Positions 19,801 through 30,224 of a stretch of 64,000 nucleotides of DNA are shown here, piece by piece. How positions within the stretch are numbered: position 1 is the stretch's first letter; every line of letters starts with the position of its first letter. Source of the stretch: a virus. The notes beneath the pieces were generated by a model. That model did not search any database. It saw only the letters and a program-made list of their open reading frames with translations, and was not told where the DNA came from. The stretch is from IMG/VR virus record IMGVR_UViG_3300042261_001452, positions 22,640-86,639 of that record; one strand, written 5' to 3'. The translations under genes were made by a program, and so were the position numbers.

Positions 19801-21238
19801 ACCAGTACGGTAGTTTTAATCTTATTTTAAGTTTATCAAAGTGTTTTTTAATCTTTTGATCTCTGCATTCATGCTCCCAATTACTCATTGGAAATAAAGA
19901 ATAAAAGTCAATAGAAGAACCAACTTTAGGTTCATTTTGATAAAAGAATCTACAGTTAGAAACTTTAAAACCTGATAGAGTATAAGATCTTTCAGGATCT
20001 ATTTGCATATCATAGCCAACTCCAGAATATAGGAATTTCTTTATTTCCTTGATTGGCTGGCAAAAGTATTTTATTCCATTTTGCTCTTTAAAGAATTTAA
20101 GTTCTTGTTTTTCTTGTTTTGAATTTATCGAAATATTTTCTGGAATTCTTTCAGTCTGCATATATTTTTTAAATTTGCCAATATCTGCATATGAAACAGA
20201 AATCAAGTGCATGCTATCCTTGCAAGTTATATTTGCCTTTATTCCACAGCGGATCAACATCCACCAAATTTGGTCTGAAATATCTTTAGAATAACTAGTT
20301 GCATTTAGAGTATTTTCTTTGAAATCATAATATCCATCACAATCAAAATATCCCGCCAAGACATTAAGAATTTCTTTTTCTGATAGATTAAAAATATTCT
20401 TAGTAAATTTCTTTTTGCTGGTTTGTCCAACAATATAGTTTCTAAACTGAGAATGAGTAATGGTAGTCTTATTCTTTTTTATTAAAATAGATGTGAAAGT
20501 AGGTAGGTCATAGACAGATGAAATACTAGCTATTTTTGAAATACATAATCCTAATAGCCATGCTTTACTATTTCCAATTGTCTCTTGGTTATTAAACGGA
20601 ACACAAGGAGTTAATAGATAGTCATTAAAAGAGACATCCTTCGCTTGTTTTTTCACAATCGAATTAACTTTCTTGTCAAAAACAAATATATTGTGTTCTT
20701 CTGTTACTGAAAAATGATTACAGTGTTCGATTGCAGAAAACTTATATGATTCTTTATCTTTACAAATTCTTTCTCCCCATTTTACAGGCTTTCTAATATT
20801 TCCATCTCCTGAAAGGATAGAAGGAGAAATAGGATCTTCATATAATATTCCATTAGTGATAGAGTCTTCGGAGATATTTCCAGATACTTCAAAGCTTTCA
20901 ATATTTTGATAAGTATAGTCTTCTGCTAGAATTTGCCCACTTATTACCATCCATTGATAAATTTCAAGTCTCTTACTTGGAATTTGCCAGTTAATATTTG
21001 TATGAACTGGAGAGAAGAAAGAAGGTTGACCATAAATAGTTCCACCACCTCCAGCAGAAGCAGTTCTCATATTTCCCCCAACATTTATGAATGCTGAAGG
21101 TGCATAATTGCTTCTAGGAATAGGTTTATAACCCGGATTCTCTGGAACGATAGTATTTTGAACTCTTAATGGATCTCTATTTCTTAAGGCTTGAAATGTT
21201 TCAGATAAATTAGTAGTTTGAATGAGTGGGTCCGCCAT
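16871..21238 (-). CDS. Portal protein precursor with two inteins and C-terminal DUF559/Vsr-like endonuclease domain
   Basis: Portal-like exteins (CRFFYQNEPKV, ILNPDYVEV, HLK..YG.GMV, PIKLVKVG); head-module position; IDFA...AVEVDG..FH...RD..L...GW.TVRF. Confidence 0.8.
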   Translation of the reverse strand: MADPLIQTTNLSETFQALRNRDPLRVQNTIVPENPGYKPIPRSNYAPSAFINVGGNMRTASAGGGGTIYGQPSFFSPVHTNINWQIPSKRLEIYQWMVISGQILAEDYTYQNIESFEVSGNISEDSITNGILYEDPISPSILSGDGNIRKPVKWGERICKDKESYKFSAIEHCNHFSVTEEHNIFVFDKKVNSIVKKQAKDVSFNDYLLTPCVPFNNQETIGNSKAWLLGLCISKIASISSVYDLPTFTSILIKKNKTTITHSQFRNYIVGQTSKKKFTKNIFNLSEKEILNVLAGYFDCDGYYDFKENTLNATSYSKDISDQIWWMLIRCGIKANITCKDSMHLISVSYADIGKFKKYMQTERIPENISINSKQEKQELKFFKEQNGIKYFCQPIKEIKKFLYSGVGYDMQIDPERSYTLSGFKVSNCRFFYQNEPKVGSSIDFYSLFPMSNWEHECRDQKIKKHFDKLKIRLKLPYWCRLISHEVHLLGDCFPMVEISCPECNGSGRIGTDICEHNGGTVKRLIILNPDYVEVLTNPLNPEPIIALRPDEELINMVSRKIPGYEKLSPEVIKLIASGQPIRLDNRNVSHLKYGECGYEKYGIGMVRRLFPTLSYKTKLMVAQWIVAERLIVPIKLVKVGSDERPAGPADIAAVQASVAATANDPNLAIITHHAFDIDFVGASGKILTLNNEFEFINQEILDGMMINNALLNGEGPNFCLSDDSRILTNNGLKYRSELDIEKDLIATFNKETGALEYQKAIKKWEYNYNSVDGKDAPMKHFLTKRIDMLVTPNHKMLCAPRKISFKKEEYGNWQVMDASKVKNRYRFRACVDKWNGTTEDKGEYFGIKTPDFLKIVGWYVSEGWKIKDANTGNIYSIGIAQSSTANRITYAKMKNTLEANNIFHTLPSNLDAFIISNSMNRELVQYLANNTGDKANTKCLPYELKNMDSKNLAILLEALVDGDGSERDATKKKPTDKKCYSYTTVSTQLRDDVIEILLKLGYSPRFTKIMFDSPNLQTQYTISWSDKENIGRFPTLTSRDMATESQTSKQVIFDEDYVGKVWCVEVPNHFIITERNGLFGVHGNSAAAVGIEAMIQRLTTFRESITSWLMESIYIPEAKRQGFIDEDDEGEEIEYIVPKIKWNSMHLRDQQQYRQFVIQLYEKGLLSAQTVLEAFDFDPDQEIERKKYDSLQMMALGQGQQGEAGGSGGGGGGLGGLGAMLGGGGGGGGGGGGEPPIAPGGDMGAPSEPVGGGVGGPPISKASSVTAEVADPGQFGGKILKQKTRAKFLSDQMRQQRHETKASEISYEKGTDGQIRDEKGRIAFTGAERKLIGPLKQAQNDGLLGNLVIVPQYRVQANGEEYVIDFAFPQLKVAVEVDGEIFHTAPKQKAKDQERDKLLAQQGWTTVRFWDTDVDKRMPQVIQKIVKTVMQKQMYFQNQVAQAEKNQNNSPANS
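17984..19081 (-). mobile_element. Intein 2 in portal (366 aa) with LAGLIDADG homing endonuclease
   Basis: F|CLSDDSRILT, VTPNH, IVGWYVSEG and LEALVDGDG, VWCVEVPN...HGN|S. Confidence 0.9.
19955..20950 (-). mobile_element. Intein 1 in portal (332 aa, LAGLIDADG partly degenerate, non-canonical N-terminus)
   Basis: Block B TEEH, LAGYFDCDG, block F/G YDMQID...GFKVSN|C; inferred exteins EIYQW|CRFFY. Confidence 0.75.
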
Positions 21239-21301
21239 ACATAGATCTCCTCTATAATTTATTTCTATTATACAATTTATCTTACTTGTATTATCACTTT
21301 A

Positions 21302-22897
21302 TTATATATTCTTTTCTGAAACATTATCCTCTGAGACATCAGTTACATTAAAGTTTTCTTCTGGATTTATAGCTACAGCAGGAGTTGCAGGATTATTTGC
21401 AATATTTGTTTCATTTAATCCCAATGAATCTGCCGCTTCTTGAATTCTATTTCCATCCCCAATAGGTTCAGCCACAATACGTTGCCAATTAGGAACCTTT
21501 AAAACTTTATCTTCAAATTGAACTCTTAATTCTGATTTAGAAGAAGATGTATCAAATCCTTTTGCGATACTAATGGTTGAATTAGGAGGAATTACAAAAG
21601 GCTCATTATTCTCTGTTAATGCCTTGACTGTCTCAGGAACAAACCAAGTGTCAGAAACACTAATGGAAGTTCCTAAGGTGGTGGCTGTAGCAAAGCTATA
21701 CATTAGTCCTTCGTGTCTATCTCTTAGTTTCTTAGCTTCCTTATAAACTTGAGCAACCTTTAAGATAGTAGTATTATAATGTTTTGCAGTTGCTTCTAGC
21801 ATTGTTGAAAAATCAATGCCTGCCTCTGACATATCTAAAACATCCTTAAAGATATTATAAACATTATCATTATGTCTATTTTCTTGACTTACATGAGAAG
21901 CTATTTTAATTGTCTTATTAGCAGAAGCATTTACAGTAATATCAGAAGTTTTATTGCCTCTTGCTTCTTCTAATCTTCTTTCAGTAGAATATTGATGAGG
22001 TCTTGGGAGTCTTGTTCTCTCGCCGGGGATTAATCCCATTTGATTTCCACCATCTCTAGGAGCATCGGGATTATCAGGTGTTCCAGCATCAGGGAATACA
22101 TAGAATCTATCGTTAATATATCCACCAACCCATTTGCCTTCTTTATTCATATATTCGGTTGTAAATTTATCCATGACATACATACGCCAAATAGCTTCAC
22201 CACTATATACTCTAGTTGGATCTTCATCAAACTTAATATCATCAGTATAATAATGGGTAAAATTATAGAATTTATCTCTGTCAATTCTCCAAGGAGTTCC
22301 CTCATTAAATCCATCTACTGTTCTATTCCATTTGTTTCTCATTCCTCTTACCCATCCATTTCTTTGTCTTGAGGTGCTTTGAGCCATTTTTACATTTGTA
22401 TCAACATTATTGCCTTTTTGCATAGCAATTTCCATTTCATTTGATAAGTCAATTAAATGAGCATTACCATGATCACTAATAACAAAGACATTAGGATAAA
22501 ATTCATCTTCTATCATTTTTTTACATAGTTGTAATCTTGTTCCAGTTACATATAGTCTTCCGTATTGATACCAATGAATATCATCTTGGGTGGAAATATC
22601 TCCTGCATTATGATCATATTCATCATCTCCTGCCTCTTGATCATATTCATCTGAGCCAAGTTCTTGAGCAACCTTAACTGTTTTCTTAAGACTATTTGCC
22701 AATACCCCAAAAAGAATAGTAGAAACCTTATCAGCTTCTTCATCTTCTTTTGTTTCAAATATTTGTCTACAAGTATCTTTAACTCTCTGTTGATCGATTG
22801 GATTAACAATATTGACAAGCATAGAAGCTGCCTCATCTTTAGTCTTTCTGGATTTTATCCAACCCTTTAGATCATCTGGACTAGTAAAAAATTCCAT
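21302..22897 (-). CDS. Hypothetical 531-aa probable virion protein
   Basis: Multiple KxA motifs (VKVAQ, VKMAQ, IKIAS). Confidence 0.7.
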   Translation of the reverse strand: MEFFTSPDDLKGWIKSRKTKDEAASMLVNIVNPIDQQRVKDTCRQIFETKEDEEADKVSTILFGVLANSLKKTVKVAQELGSDEYDQEAGDDEYDHNAGDISTQDDIHWYQYGRLYVTGTRLQLCKKMIEDEFYPNVFVISDHGNAHLIDLSNEMEIAMQKGNNVDTNVKMAQSTSRQRNGWVRGMRNKWNRTVDGFNEGTPWRIDRDKFYNFTHYYTDDIKFDEDPTRVYSGEAIWRMYVMDKFTTEYMNKEGKWVGGYINDRFYVFPDAGTPDNPDAPRDGGNQMGLIPGERTRLPRPHQYSTERRLEEARGNKTSDITVNASANKTIKIASHVSQENRHNDNVYNIFKDVLDMSEAGIDFSTMLEATAKHYNTTILKVAQVYKEAKKLRDRHEGLMYSFATATTLGTSISVSDTWFVPETVKALTENNEPFVIPPNSTISIAKGFDTSSSKSELRVQFEDKVLKVPNWQRIVAEPIGDGNRIQEAADSLGLNETNIANNPATPAVAINPEENFNVTDVSEDNVSEKNI

Positions 22898-22898
22898 C

Positions 22899-23888
22899 TT
22901 ATTTCCCCTTTAGTTTTTTTTCTAGTTCTTTAGCCAATATACTAGAAACAGTTCTTGTTGCCTCTCTACTCATTTGCATAGGATCATCTTCTAATCTTTC
23001 TCTTTGAATAGATTTCTTATACTGTTGGCTTTGTTCCTTTAACATTTCGCCAGCAGTCTTATCGGGAATCATATTCTTATCAAATCTTGAAGATATTCTT
23101 TCTGACATTGGTGAATTTAATCCATTTTGAGCATTTAATGATTCTGTTGGAAATACTAATCCCTTAGGAATAATATCTCGATGAATCATATTATTGATCA
23201 TTTCAGTCTCTTGGCTTAGACGTTCTTTTTGTCTTGCTTGTTCTCTTTCAGCTTTTTCCATCTTAAGTCTAATGCTAGTATCTTGTTCGCTACTTTCTAC
23301 TAAGTTTTTAATAGCATCTGGATTAGTTATGCTATTCTGATTTTTAGCAGGATTAGTATCTGAATTAAGATTATAATTTTCTCCTCCTCTAACTGGAACA
23401 ATAGCTTTATTTACTAGACTTGGAGCTTCTTTCATCTTGGCTTCTTTTGAAATTATCTGCCATTTTTGCTTTGGCTCCTCAGAAGCGAACTTTTTATCTA
23501 AATTAAAAGGATCGCCTAATGCATTCTTAAGTTGATCTACTTTACCATTATCCTTTGATGCTATTTTAATCATAGTTTCTCCCATATTTGCTGTTTTTGT
23601 AGTAATATTAGCACATCTAAAATTCTTTTGAGATAGCCCACAAGCAAGGGCATACTCTTTAAGATGATTTATTACTTCTTTATCCCAAGATGAATTATAC
23701 CAATAAGATTCATTTTTAGATGCACAAATTTCTATTTTGTCACATTCTTTAGCAATAACTTCTTCTGTTATAGAACTAGCCAAGGTTGTATTAACCATTG
23801 GAGAAATATTTTCTATTTCAAGACTAGCTGTAGCATTAATTGGCCATGCTGGTGCTTTTTGTTCATTAGCCATTTTAAATATTGTCAT
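22899..23888 (-). CDS. Hypothetical protein, MTIFKMANE leader
   Basis: 329-aa ORF in operon. Confidence 0.7.
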   Translation of the reverse strand: MTIFKMANEQKAPAWPINATASLEIENISPMVNTTLASSITEEVIAKECDKIEICASKNESYWYNSSWDKEVINHLKEYALACGLSQKNFRCANITTKTANMGETMIKIASKDNGKVDQLKNALGDPFNLDKKFASEEPKQKWQIISKEAKMKEAPSLVNKAIVPVRGGENYNLNSDTNPAKNQNSITNPDAIKNLVESSEQDTSIRLKMEKAEREQARQKERLSQETEMINNMIHRDIIPKGLVFPTESLNAQNGLNSPMSERISSRFDKNMIPDKTAGEMLKEQSQQYKKSIQRERLEDDPMQMSREATRTVSSILAKELEKKLKGK

Positions 23889-23891
23889 ATT

Positions 23892-26800
23892 TTATTTCCT
23901 TTGCTTATTTTGTATTTGCTCTGATTCTGTCATATCAAATAATTCTACTGGGGCAACCATGCATTGTCCATTCCAGAACATTCCTACACCTACATCTTCT
24001 AGTTTATCAAAGGCTTTTGAATCCTTAGCTTTTTTATCAGCATCTAGTCTTCTTATTATCTCTCTAAACTCCTCAGCCTTCTCAGGTGACAATTGTTGAT
24101 TATTTTTTAATTCATTATCAAGTTTCTTTAGGCCCTTATCAGCTATTGTATTATTATAAGCAACAACCAACTTATCATCTTGTATAATTCCTTTATTCTT
24201 TAAGAAGCTATATAGATAATCAGTTGATGTCGTTGCCCGAGCTACATTATCAGTGGATTGATTCTGTAAATTGGGTTTATTTTCCTGCTTTTTAACCTTT
24301 GTCTTATCAGTCTCTTCTCCCTTTTTAGGTTTTTCTGGAGTCTTAGCTGGAGGAGTTATTTTTTCTTGAGTGGTTTCTGCGGTTGGCTCTTCTTGATCCT
24401 CCTTCATTCCTTCATCCTTAAGATCTTGCATTGTCTTAGTTTTCTTAACAGGAACTCTTTCAAGTTTTGTCTTTGTGGGATCGTTAGGATCAGGGACTTC
24501 TATAGTAACCACTCCATATTGATCTTCCTCTTCCTCTTCTTTTTTCAGAGGGGCTTTACCATCAACAAGTTCTTGTAACTCTTTTGGCAAACGATAAACT
24601 TTTCTCATTACTGGATTTTTAGGATCTTTTTGAACTACTGTTGGATCTGGAACCATAACTTCTTCCAATGGTTTAGAAGCTAATAGTTCTGAAGTTTCTT
24701 TATGAATCTTTGTAGCATAGTCTCCAACACCTAGTTTATCCTTGCCTTCTCTATCTACTAGTGATTCATTGATTGCCCCTAATAGGTTTTCAGTTGTAAA
24801 AGGAAGTCCCATCATAGGAGTTTTTACTCCTCTCTTTAAGCTATCTTGCCATTGTGCATAAGAATCATATTCCTTGAACATCATTTCTACTAAGTTTACA
24901 ATTGAACGAACACCTAAGTGTTTACCTACTAGAGCTTTAGCAATTGCATCAACATCTACTTTGTTTTCTCTTAGGATATTTCTAATAACATCCCATCTTT
25001 GCTTAGGAGTATTGCCAAAGCTAGGTTGTGATAGCCAAGGATGATTAGGTCTAGCTTGTTCTTCATCATCAATGCATTCATTTAAGAATCTAACAAATTC
25101 TGAAGGATCATCTGGAGGTAGAACTTCCATTTGTCCCATCTGTCCTCTATTTTTTAGAGCGTTATCGAGATTTGCGACATTATTAGTGGTCATAATGACG
25201 AAGATATTTCTATTGATTAATAATTCTTGATTATCTCTTTCAAAGAATTGTAAGAATTTCTTTACTTGTTCTTTTGTTGTTTCATGAGTTTCTTGAGCGG
25301 CACCACCACCTCCGCCTCCACTAGTGCCTTGAGATAACATTCTGTCAATTTCGTCAAAGATATATATGCAGTTTCTAGAATCTGCAATATGTTCAATTAA
25401 TAGATCGGTAAGTCTTCCTGTTTCTCCTAGCCATTTATTCTTTGTCTGTTCAACATTTACAGAATATAAAGAAATAGGCTCGCCAACTGTTTGAATAATA
25501 TCTGCTAGAGCTTCCCCCCAAACAGTTTTACCAACTCCCGGTTTACCATATAGAATTGTAAAGTGAGGAATAGCAGTTTGCAGGAAAATAGAAGCCTGAG
25601 CTTTTAAATCTTTCCACATTCTATTGCTAGCAACAATTTCTTGACTATACATCTCTTTTGTTGCTTTATCTTTTGCAGAATCCCTTAATCTAGTTAATTC
25701 TTTAATCTTTTTAGCTATCTTGCTCATTTCTTCCCCATTTTCACTCAAAATGAGAAGTTTTGTCTTAATTTCCTCCATCTTTTCACCCCATCCACCTTTC
25801 TTATTATAGATGAATGATTTAAATTTAACTCTTGGAGTTTTGGCAACAATACCCATCGTCTGGCCTTTGCGCTCATTTGTTTCTTTAACTAGATTTTCTT
25901 TGGCGGTATCTGCATCAAAATAAATGCCCATTCTTTGACCTTGTTCATCATAAAGGGTTTCATTTAATCCATGAAGATTTTCACTTATAGTTTTATTTAC
26001 TAGATCAATTGCATCTTTTTGACTTAATCCAATAATTGCATTAACTAAAGCATTTACCACATCTTTAGATTGAGAATCTATTGTCCCTTTACTTCTTTCT
26101 TTTTCAAATTCTGTCTTTGCCTTTTCGAGTTCACTAACAAGAGTATTTGGATCATCTTCATACTCTTCTTCCAACTCTTCTTGTTTTCTATAAAGTCTTG
26201 CATCAACCATTTTATTAATAAATGGCCCCATCATATGCCTAACAATAATTCTTGCCTCTTCATCGGTAACTGGGAATGCTGCTAAGTCTGCATATTTGGC
26301 ACCTTCAATTTTAATCTTTTCATTGGATATAAAAACAATTCTTCTTCCATCTGGAATTGATTTGCCTTCAATAGCTTTAAGATCTCTCGCGGCACAAGTA
26401 TCAAAGAAGTCACTAAATCTTTTTTGATCTTGTAGCTGATATCTATAGCCTTGGCCTTCATCTTTCTTGTCGGATCTATTGCTATCAAATGGTTGAATGA
26501 CAGCACATCTATCCATATTTTGAAGAACCATTGTCTTGCCATGAGAACTTGCTTTAGCATTAAACTTTCTCATTTCTTCTTGTATGTTGCTTTGTTTAGC
26601 TAGAATTAGTCTAATTGTCTGAGAAGGATCTTCTTGCCCTTGCGGATTTTTAATTTTAGCTGTTAAAATTCCTAAAATATTATTTTTAATGCCAATTAAC
26701 TCTTCGTCTGTAGTTTGATATTCTTCTAATTTTGTACTTAGTATTTCTAGACTTCTATTAAAATCTGCTATGATAGATTCTTGACTTTGAGATCTATTTG

Positions 26801-28109
26801 CTCTATCTATTTGTCCACGAAAATCTTTATAAGATTCATTAAGCCATTTTAATGGATTCCAAGTTGCAAATCCACCTTCTCTAATATCTTCTAAACTAAA
26901 ATTCTTATATAGTCCAGTTCTGCCGAATAAGGCTCTTACTGTTAAGGAATTTGCTGGTAAAAATTTTGTCTGTCCTGCTTCTTCTTCTGGCAATTGTGAA
27001 GCAGCAAAGGCTTCTTGAAGATTAACGCTTCTTCCAGACCTAAGCATATTATAATAATTAATACAGACTCCTCTTTCTCTTCTATACTGCTGAAGAATGG
27101 TTGACTTTACATTTTCATGTAGCTTTTCCTCTATTTTATTTAAAATGGATATAGCCTCTAGATCAGCAGGAGAATTCATAACCGCCTCTTCATCCATATT
27201 AAGCAATCTTAATCTATCATTATAAATTGCTAATTCTTCTTTGGTTAAGTCACGAAGAATCTCTTCCTGTGACTCATATAATTTATTATTTCTTTTATCT
27301 TCTAATATTTTTTGGATTTTTTTCTGTCTTGCCTGAAGACTCTTATTAATTTTGGCATATCTTTCTTTAACTTCTTTAACATTAACAGGATTGCCATCAT
27401 CGTCAAATGAGGTGACATTCTTGGCACGTTCAGTATTAGCTGCTATAGCATTGTTAATTCTTTCTAGTTCTATTTCTATTCCTTTATATTCTCTATCTAG
27501 CAAGAGTCTTTTATGGGCCTCTCTCATTTTCATAGCAGTTGTCGATTCTTCCATTATCTCTTTAAGGTTCTTTTCAAATTCTATAATAGATTCTTTTATT
27601 TTTTTGCTATTTCCCGTTTGAGATCCATCTGGACTAAAAATTTGGTCAATAATAGAAAGATCAAATCCCTTCTCTTCTAACCAACTAGGAGTAACAACTC
27701 TTTCTTGTCCATAGAGAAGAGAATCAATATTATTGACCACGTTTGGATAATCCGTTGTTAATCTTTTACCTAGAAGATCATCAGTTGTAACATCTTGGAA
27801 GTAATCTTCTGGAAGACTAGCATTTGTTGCGTCTGGATAATAAACTTCATTGTTTGATGGAGGAATAGCATAACGCATAAGCATTTCAACTAATGGCATA
27901 TAAGGATCAGTACCAATTACAAAATTTACCATGCCTGTTGATCTTAGTTTAGAATATAATCTTTCATATTTGGGCAACTTACAAATAGCATCTAACATTT
28001 TATAATTGGCAACATCTTTTGTTCCCAAAACATCATTAAAATGTCCTAAGGCTGCTTGTTTCTTTAGTTTATTATTATGAATTTTCTTTATAGCTATTAT
28101 TTTAAACAT
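23892..28109 (-). CDS. Large AAA+ ATPase (Ycf46-like C-terminal half, long coiled-coil N-terminus)
   Basis: GKPGVGKT, KNKWLGET pore loop, IFDEIDR, MTTN...ALKNRG. Confidence 0.8.
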   Translation of the reverse strand: MFKIIAIKKIHNNKLKKQAALGHFNDVLGTKDVANYKMLDAICKLPKYERLYSKLRSTGMVNFVIGTDPYMPLVEMLMRYAIPPSNNEVYYPDATNASLPEDYFQDVTTDDLLGKRLTTDYPNVVNNIDSLLYGQERVVTPSWLEEKGFDLSIIDQIFSPDGSQTGNSKKIKESIIEFEKNLKEIMEESTTAMKMREAHKRLLLDREYKGIEIELERINNAIAANTERAKNVTSFDDDGNPVNVKEVKERYAKINKSLQARQKKIQKILEDKRNNKLYESQEEILRDLTKEELAIYNDRLRLLNMDEEAVMNSPADLEAISILNKIEEKLHENVKSTILQQYRRERGVCINYYNMLRSGRSVNLQEAFAASQLPEEEAGQTKFLPANSLTVRALFGRTGLYKNFSLEDIREGGFATWNPLKWLNESYKDFRGQIDRANRSQSQESIIADFNRSLEILSTKLEEYQTTDEELIGIKNNILGILTAKIKNPQGQEDPSQTIRLILAKQSNIQEEMRKFNAKASSHGKTMVLQNMDRCAVIQPFDSNRSDKKDEGQGYRYQLQDQKRFSDFFDTCAARDLKAIEGKSIPDGRRIVFISNEKIKIEGAKYADLAAFPVTDEEARIIVRHMMGPFINKMVDARLYRKQEELEEEYEDDPNTLVSELEKAKTEFEKERSKGTIDSQSKDVVNALVNAIIGLSQKDAIDLVNKTISENLHGLNETLYDEQGQRMGIYFDADTAKENLVKETNERKGQTMGIVAKTPRVKFKSFIYNKKGGWGEKMEEIKTKLLILSENGEEMSKIAKKIKELTRLRDSAKDKATKEMYSQEIVASNRMWKDLKAQASIFLQTAIPHFTILYGKPGVGKTVWGEALADIIQTVGEPISLYSVNVEQTKNKWLGETGRLTDLLIEHIADSRNCIYIFDEIDRMLSQGTSGGGGGGAAQETHETTKEQVKKFLQFFERDNQELLINRNIFVIMTTNNVANLDNALKNRGQMGQMEVLPPDDPSEFVRFLNECIDDEEQARPNHPWLSQPSFGNTPKQRWDVIRNILRENKVDVDAIAKALVGKHLGVRSIVNLVEMMFKEYDSYAQWQDSLKRGVKTPMMGLPFTTENLLGAINESLVDREGKDKLGVGDYATKIHKETSELLASKPLEEVMVPDPTVVQKDPKNPVMRKVYRLPKELQELVDGKAPLKKEEEEEDQYGVVTIEVPDPNDPTKTKLERVPVKKTKTMQDLKDEGMKEDQEEPTAETTQEKITPPAKTPEKPKKGEETDKTKVKKQENKPNLQNQSTDNVARATTSTDYLYSFLKNKGIIQDDKLVVAYNNTIADKGLKKLDNELKNNQQLSPEKAEEFREIIRRLDADKKAKDSKAFDKLEDVGVGMFWNGQCMVAPVELFDMTESEQIQNKQRK

Positions 28110-28188
28110 AATTATCTTCCTAAATTTTTATATTGATAAAATTTAACTTCTTTTATTATTTCTTGAAATAAATCCAAAACTCCTACCT

Positions 28189-30132
28189 TTATCCCTCTAT
28201 AAATCCTCTTTCTTTTACGGGAAAAGGAAGTTCAAGTTGTTCTTCTTTATTTTCTTCCTCTTCTGTAAAGAATTGTCTATCTCCTAACACTAATTCTCCT
28301 GTTCCATTTTTTCTTACAGAGCCTTGACTATTCTCAAGGATCTTTATAAAATTTTCAGAATTCCACTTGATTCCTTCCCCTGTTTTTACAAAGAAATAAT
28401 CATATGTAGCCATTTCCACTAATAATGTCTCAACATCTCTAACTGTAAACCCCTTAATTGTCGCTATATGTGCTATTCTATCTAAATCTAATTTATTAAT
28501 CTTTTCTTGAAATGTTTCTGCCGAACTATAGCCTATAATCTTAATGCCTCTATTATTCATTCTTCTGGCAGAGGTCAATAATGTCTCTTTTAAAGATTTG
28601 GCATCAAAGTTGTCAATATTTATTACTAAATCTGCTCTTCCAGATCTTAATAATGGGCCTGTTATATTTTCTTTATGGTTAGTTGTTAATACTATAAAGA
28701 TATTATTTTTAACTAACCCATTCTCTTCTTGAATATTTTGTAACCAATTCATGAATTCAGATTCAACCTGCTTATGAGATTCATGCATTCCTTGTCCAGC
28801 TTGATTTGTAGCACCAATGGCTCTATCATATTCATCTATCCTTACGATTAAATGAGAGGCATTAGCAATTTTTTTCAAACTTTCTCTCATTCTTTCTGCT
28901 CCTTCTCCAACCCATTTTGAGTGTACGGCACCTATATTAAAGTCCCATACATCAAATCCTAATAATCCTGCCAAATGAATCGGAAAACTACTTTTACCTA
29001 CTCCACCCTTTCCATAAAGAACTAAAACATGTGGTATTCTAGTTTGTAAGGCTTCTATTGTTTCAGAATAATAATCATCTTTACAAGATTTTAAGGCTTG
29101 ATCTTGGGCTTGTTTCAAATCCCTAATTTCATTAAAATCTCTCAATATCTTTTTAACATCATATGTAAAACTACTAGTCTCTGGACAAATATAATCTTCC
29201 CATGGTCTAGGTATTAATTGCGTGAGTCCAAATCCATCTTCCATAAAATTCTTATTAATTTTATCTCTTAATACTTTTACTAATGCATTTCCGTTAATAA
29301 TTGTTTCATCTACTTTATCTTTTGACCTAGAAAAAGCATATCCTAAAATATCACCTGCATTAAGATAAGTTAGACCAGAAACTTTTCTTAAAATTTGTTC
29401 TCTATGAGAATGATTCATAAGAACTTTATATTTGTAGTTATTAAATAAAAAGATATAACTATCCAATAAATGATCTGCACCAAATTTATCAACTGGAGGA
29501 AGTTCAATAGTTCTTATCTTAAAAGGAAATTGCAATTTTATATTTGATATCAATAATAATCTACAAGACTTTCTATTTGTGACATTTCTAAAATCATCAA
29601 AAATCCATAAGGCTCTTTGATCTATTCTTCCGGGTTCTTTACAAAAATCTAGACTATAATCAATATTTCTTATTACCAGATATTTATCTTTAAAATCATT
29701 TAGTAAAACTTCTTTCCTAGAAACAAATCCATCTGGTTTTCTCAATCTTTTACCAGTTTGATAATCTATTTTAAAGGTTGGCATTCCATTAGAATCAATT
29801 TCAGTTTCAAAATTACCATAAATAAGTTCATCTAAAGATGTTGTACTATTGCTTGCTCCGGGCGAACCTTTTTGAAGTTCGACAGCATCTATTTTAGTAG
29901 TATTACGAAATAACTCTTGTTTTTTAAAACAATCATCCAAGAAAAAATCAACAAGGCAAGGATCTTCATAATTTACAACTAAATTGGTTATTCCTGTTAA
30001 AGATAGCTTAATGGCTCCCAAAAGTTCTTTTTTAGTTTCTTGAAAACGCTCGCTATTTTGAATAAGTGAAATAAAATCAATATTCTTTTTGATTTTTTGA
30101 TTATTTTCTTCAATATTAATATCTTCTGCCAT
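28189..30132 (-). CDS. Ycf46-like AAA+ ATPase (degenerate N-terminal AAA plus active AAA)
   Basis: GKGGVGKS, HSKWVGEG, RIDEYDR, TTNH...PLLRSGRAD; ATG 30132 preferred because the TTG overlaps a terminator. Confidence 0.8.
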   Translation of the reverse strand: MAEDINIEENNQKIKKNIDFISLIQNSERFQETKKELLGAIKLSLTGITNLVVNYEDPCLVDFFLDDCFKKQELFRNTTKIDAVELQKGSPGASNSTTSLDELIYGNFETEIDSNGMPTFKIDYQTGKRLRKPDGFVSRKEVLLNDFKDKYLVIRNIDYSLDFCKEPGRIDQRALWIFDDFRNVTNRKSCRLLLISNIKLQFPFKIRTIELPPVDKFGADHLLDSYIFLFNNYKYKVLMNHSHREQILRKVSGLTYLNAGDILGYAFSRSKDKVDETIINGNALVKVLRDKINKNFMEDGFGLTQLIPRPWEDYICPETSSFTYDVKKILRDFNEIRDLKQAQDQALKSCKDDYYSETIEALQTRIPHVLVLYGKGGVGKSSFPIHLAGLLGFDVWDFNIGAVHSKWVGEGAERMRESLKKIANASHLIVRIDEYDRAIGATNQAGQGMHESHKQVESEFMNWLQNIQEENGLVKNNIFIVLTTNHKENITGPLLRSGRADLVINIDNFDAKSLKETLLTSARRMNNRGIKIIGYSSAETFQEKINKLDLDRIAHIATIKGFTVRDVETLLVEMATYDYFFVKTGEGIKWNSENFIKILENSQGSVRKNGTGELVLGDRQFFTEEEENKEEQLELPFPVKERGFIEG

Positions 30133-30145
30133 TTTATTATTATAC

Positions 30146-30181
30146 AAAAAAAGAAGGACGACAAAAATCGTCCTTCTTTTT
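30146..30181. terminator. Bidirectional terminator
   Basis: AAAAGAAGGACGA-CAAAAA-TCGTCCTTCTTTT. Confidence 0.8.
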
Positions 30182-30224
30182 AAGTTTGTTTATTATATGA
30201 GTTATAATATTTAGATTTTATATC

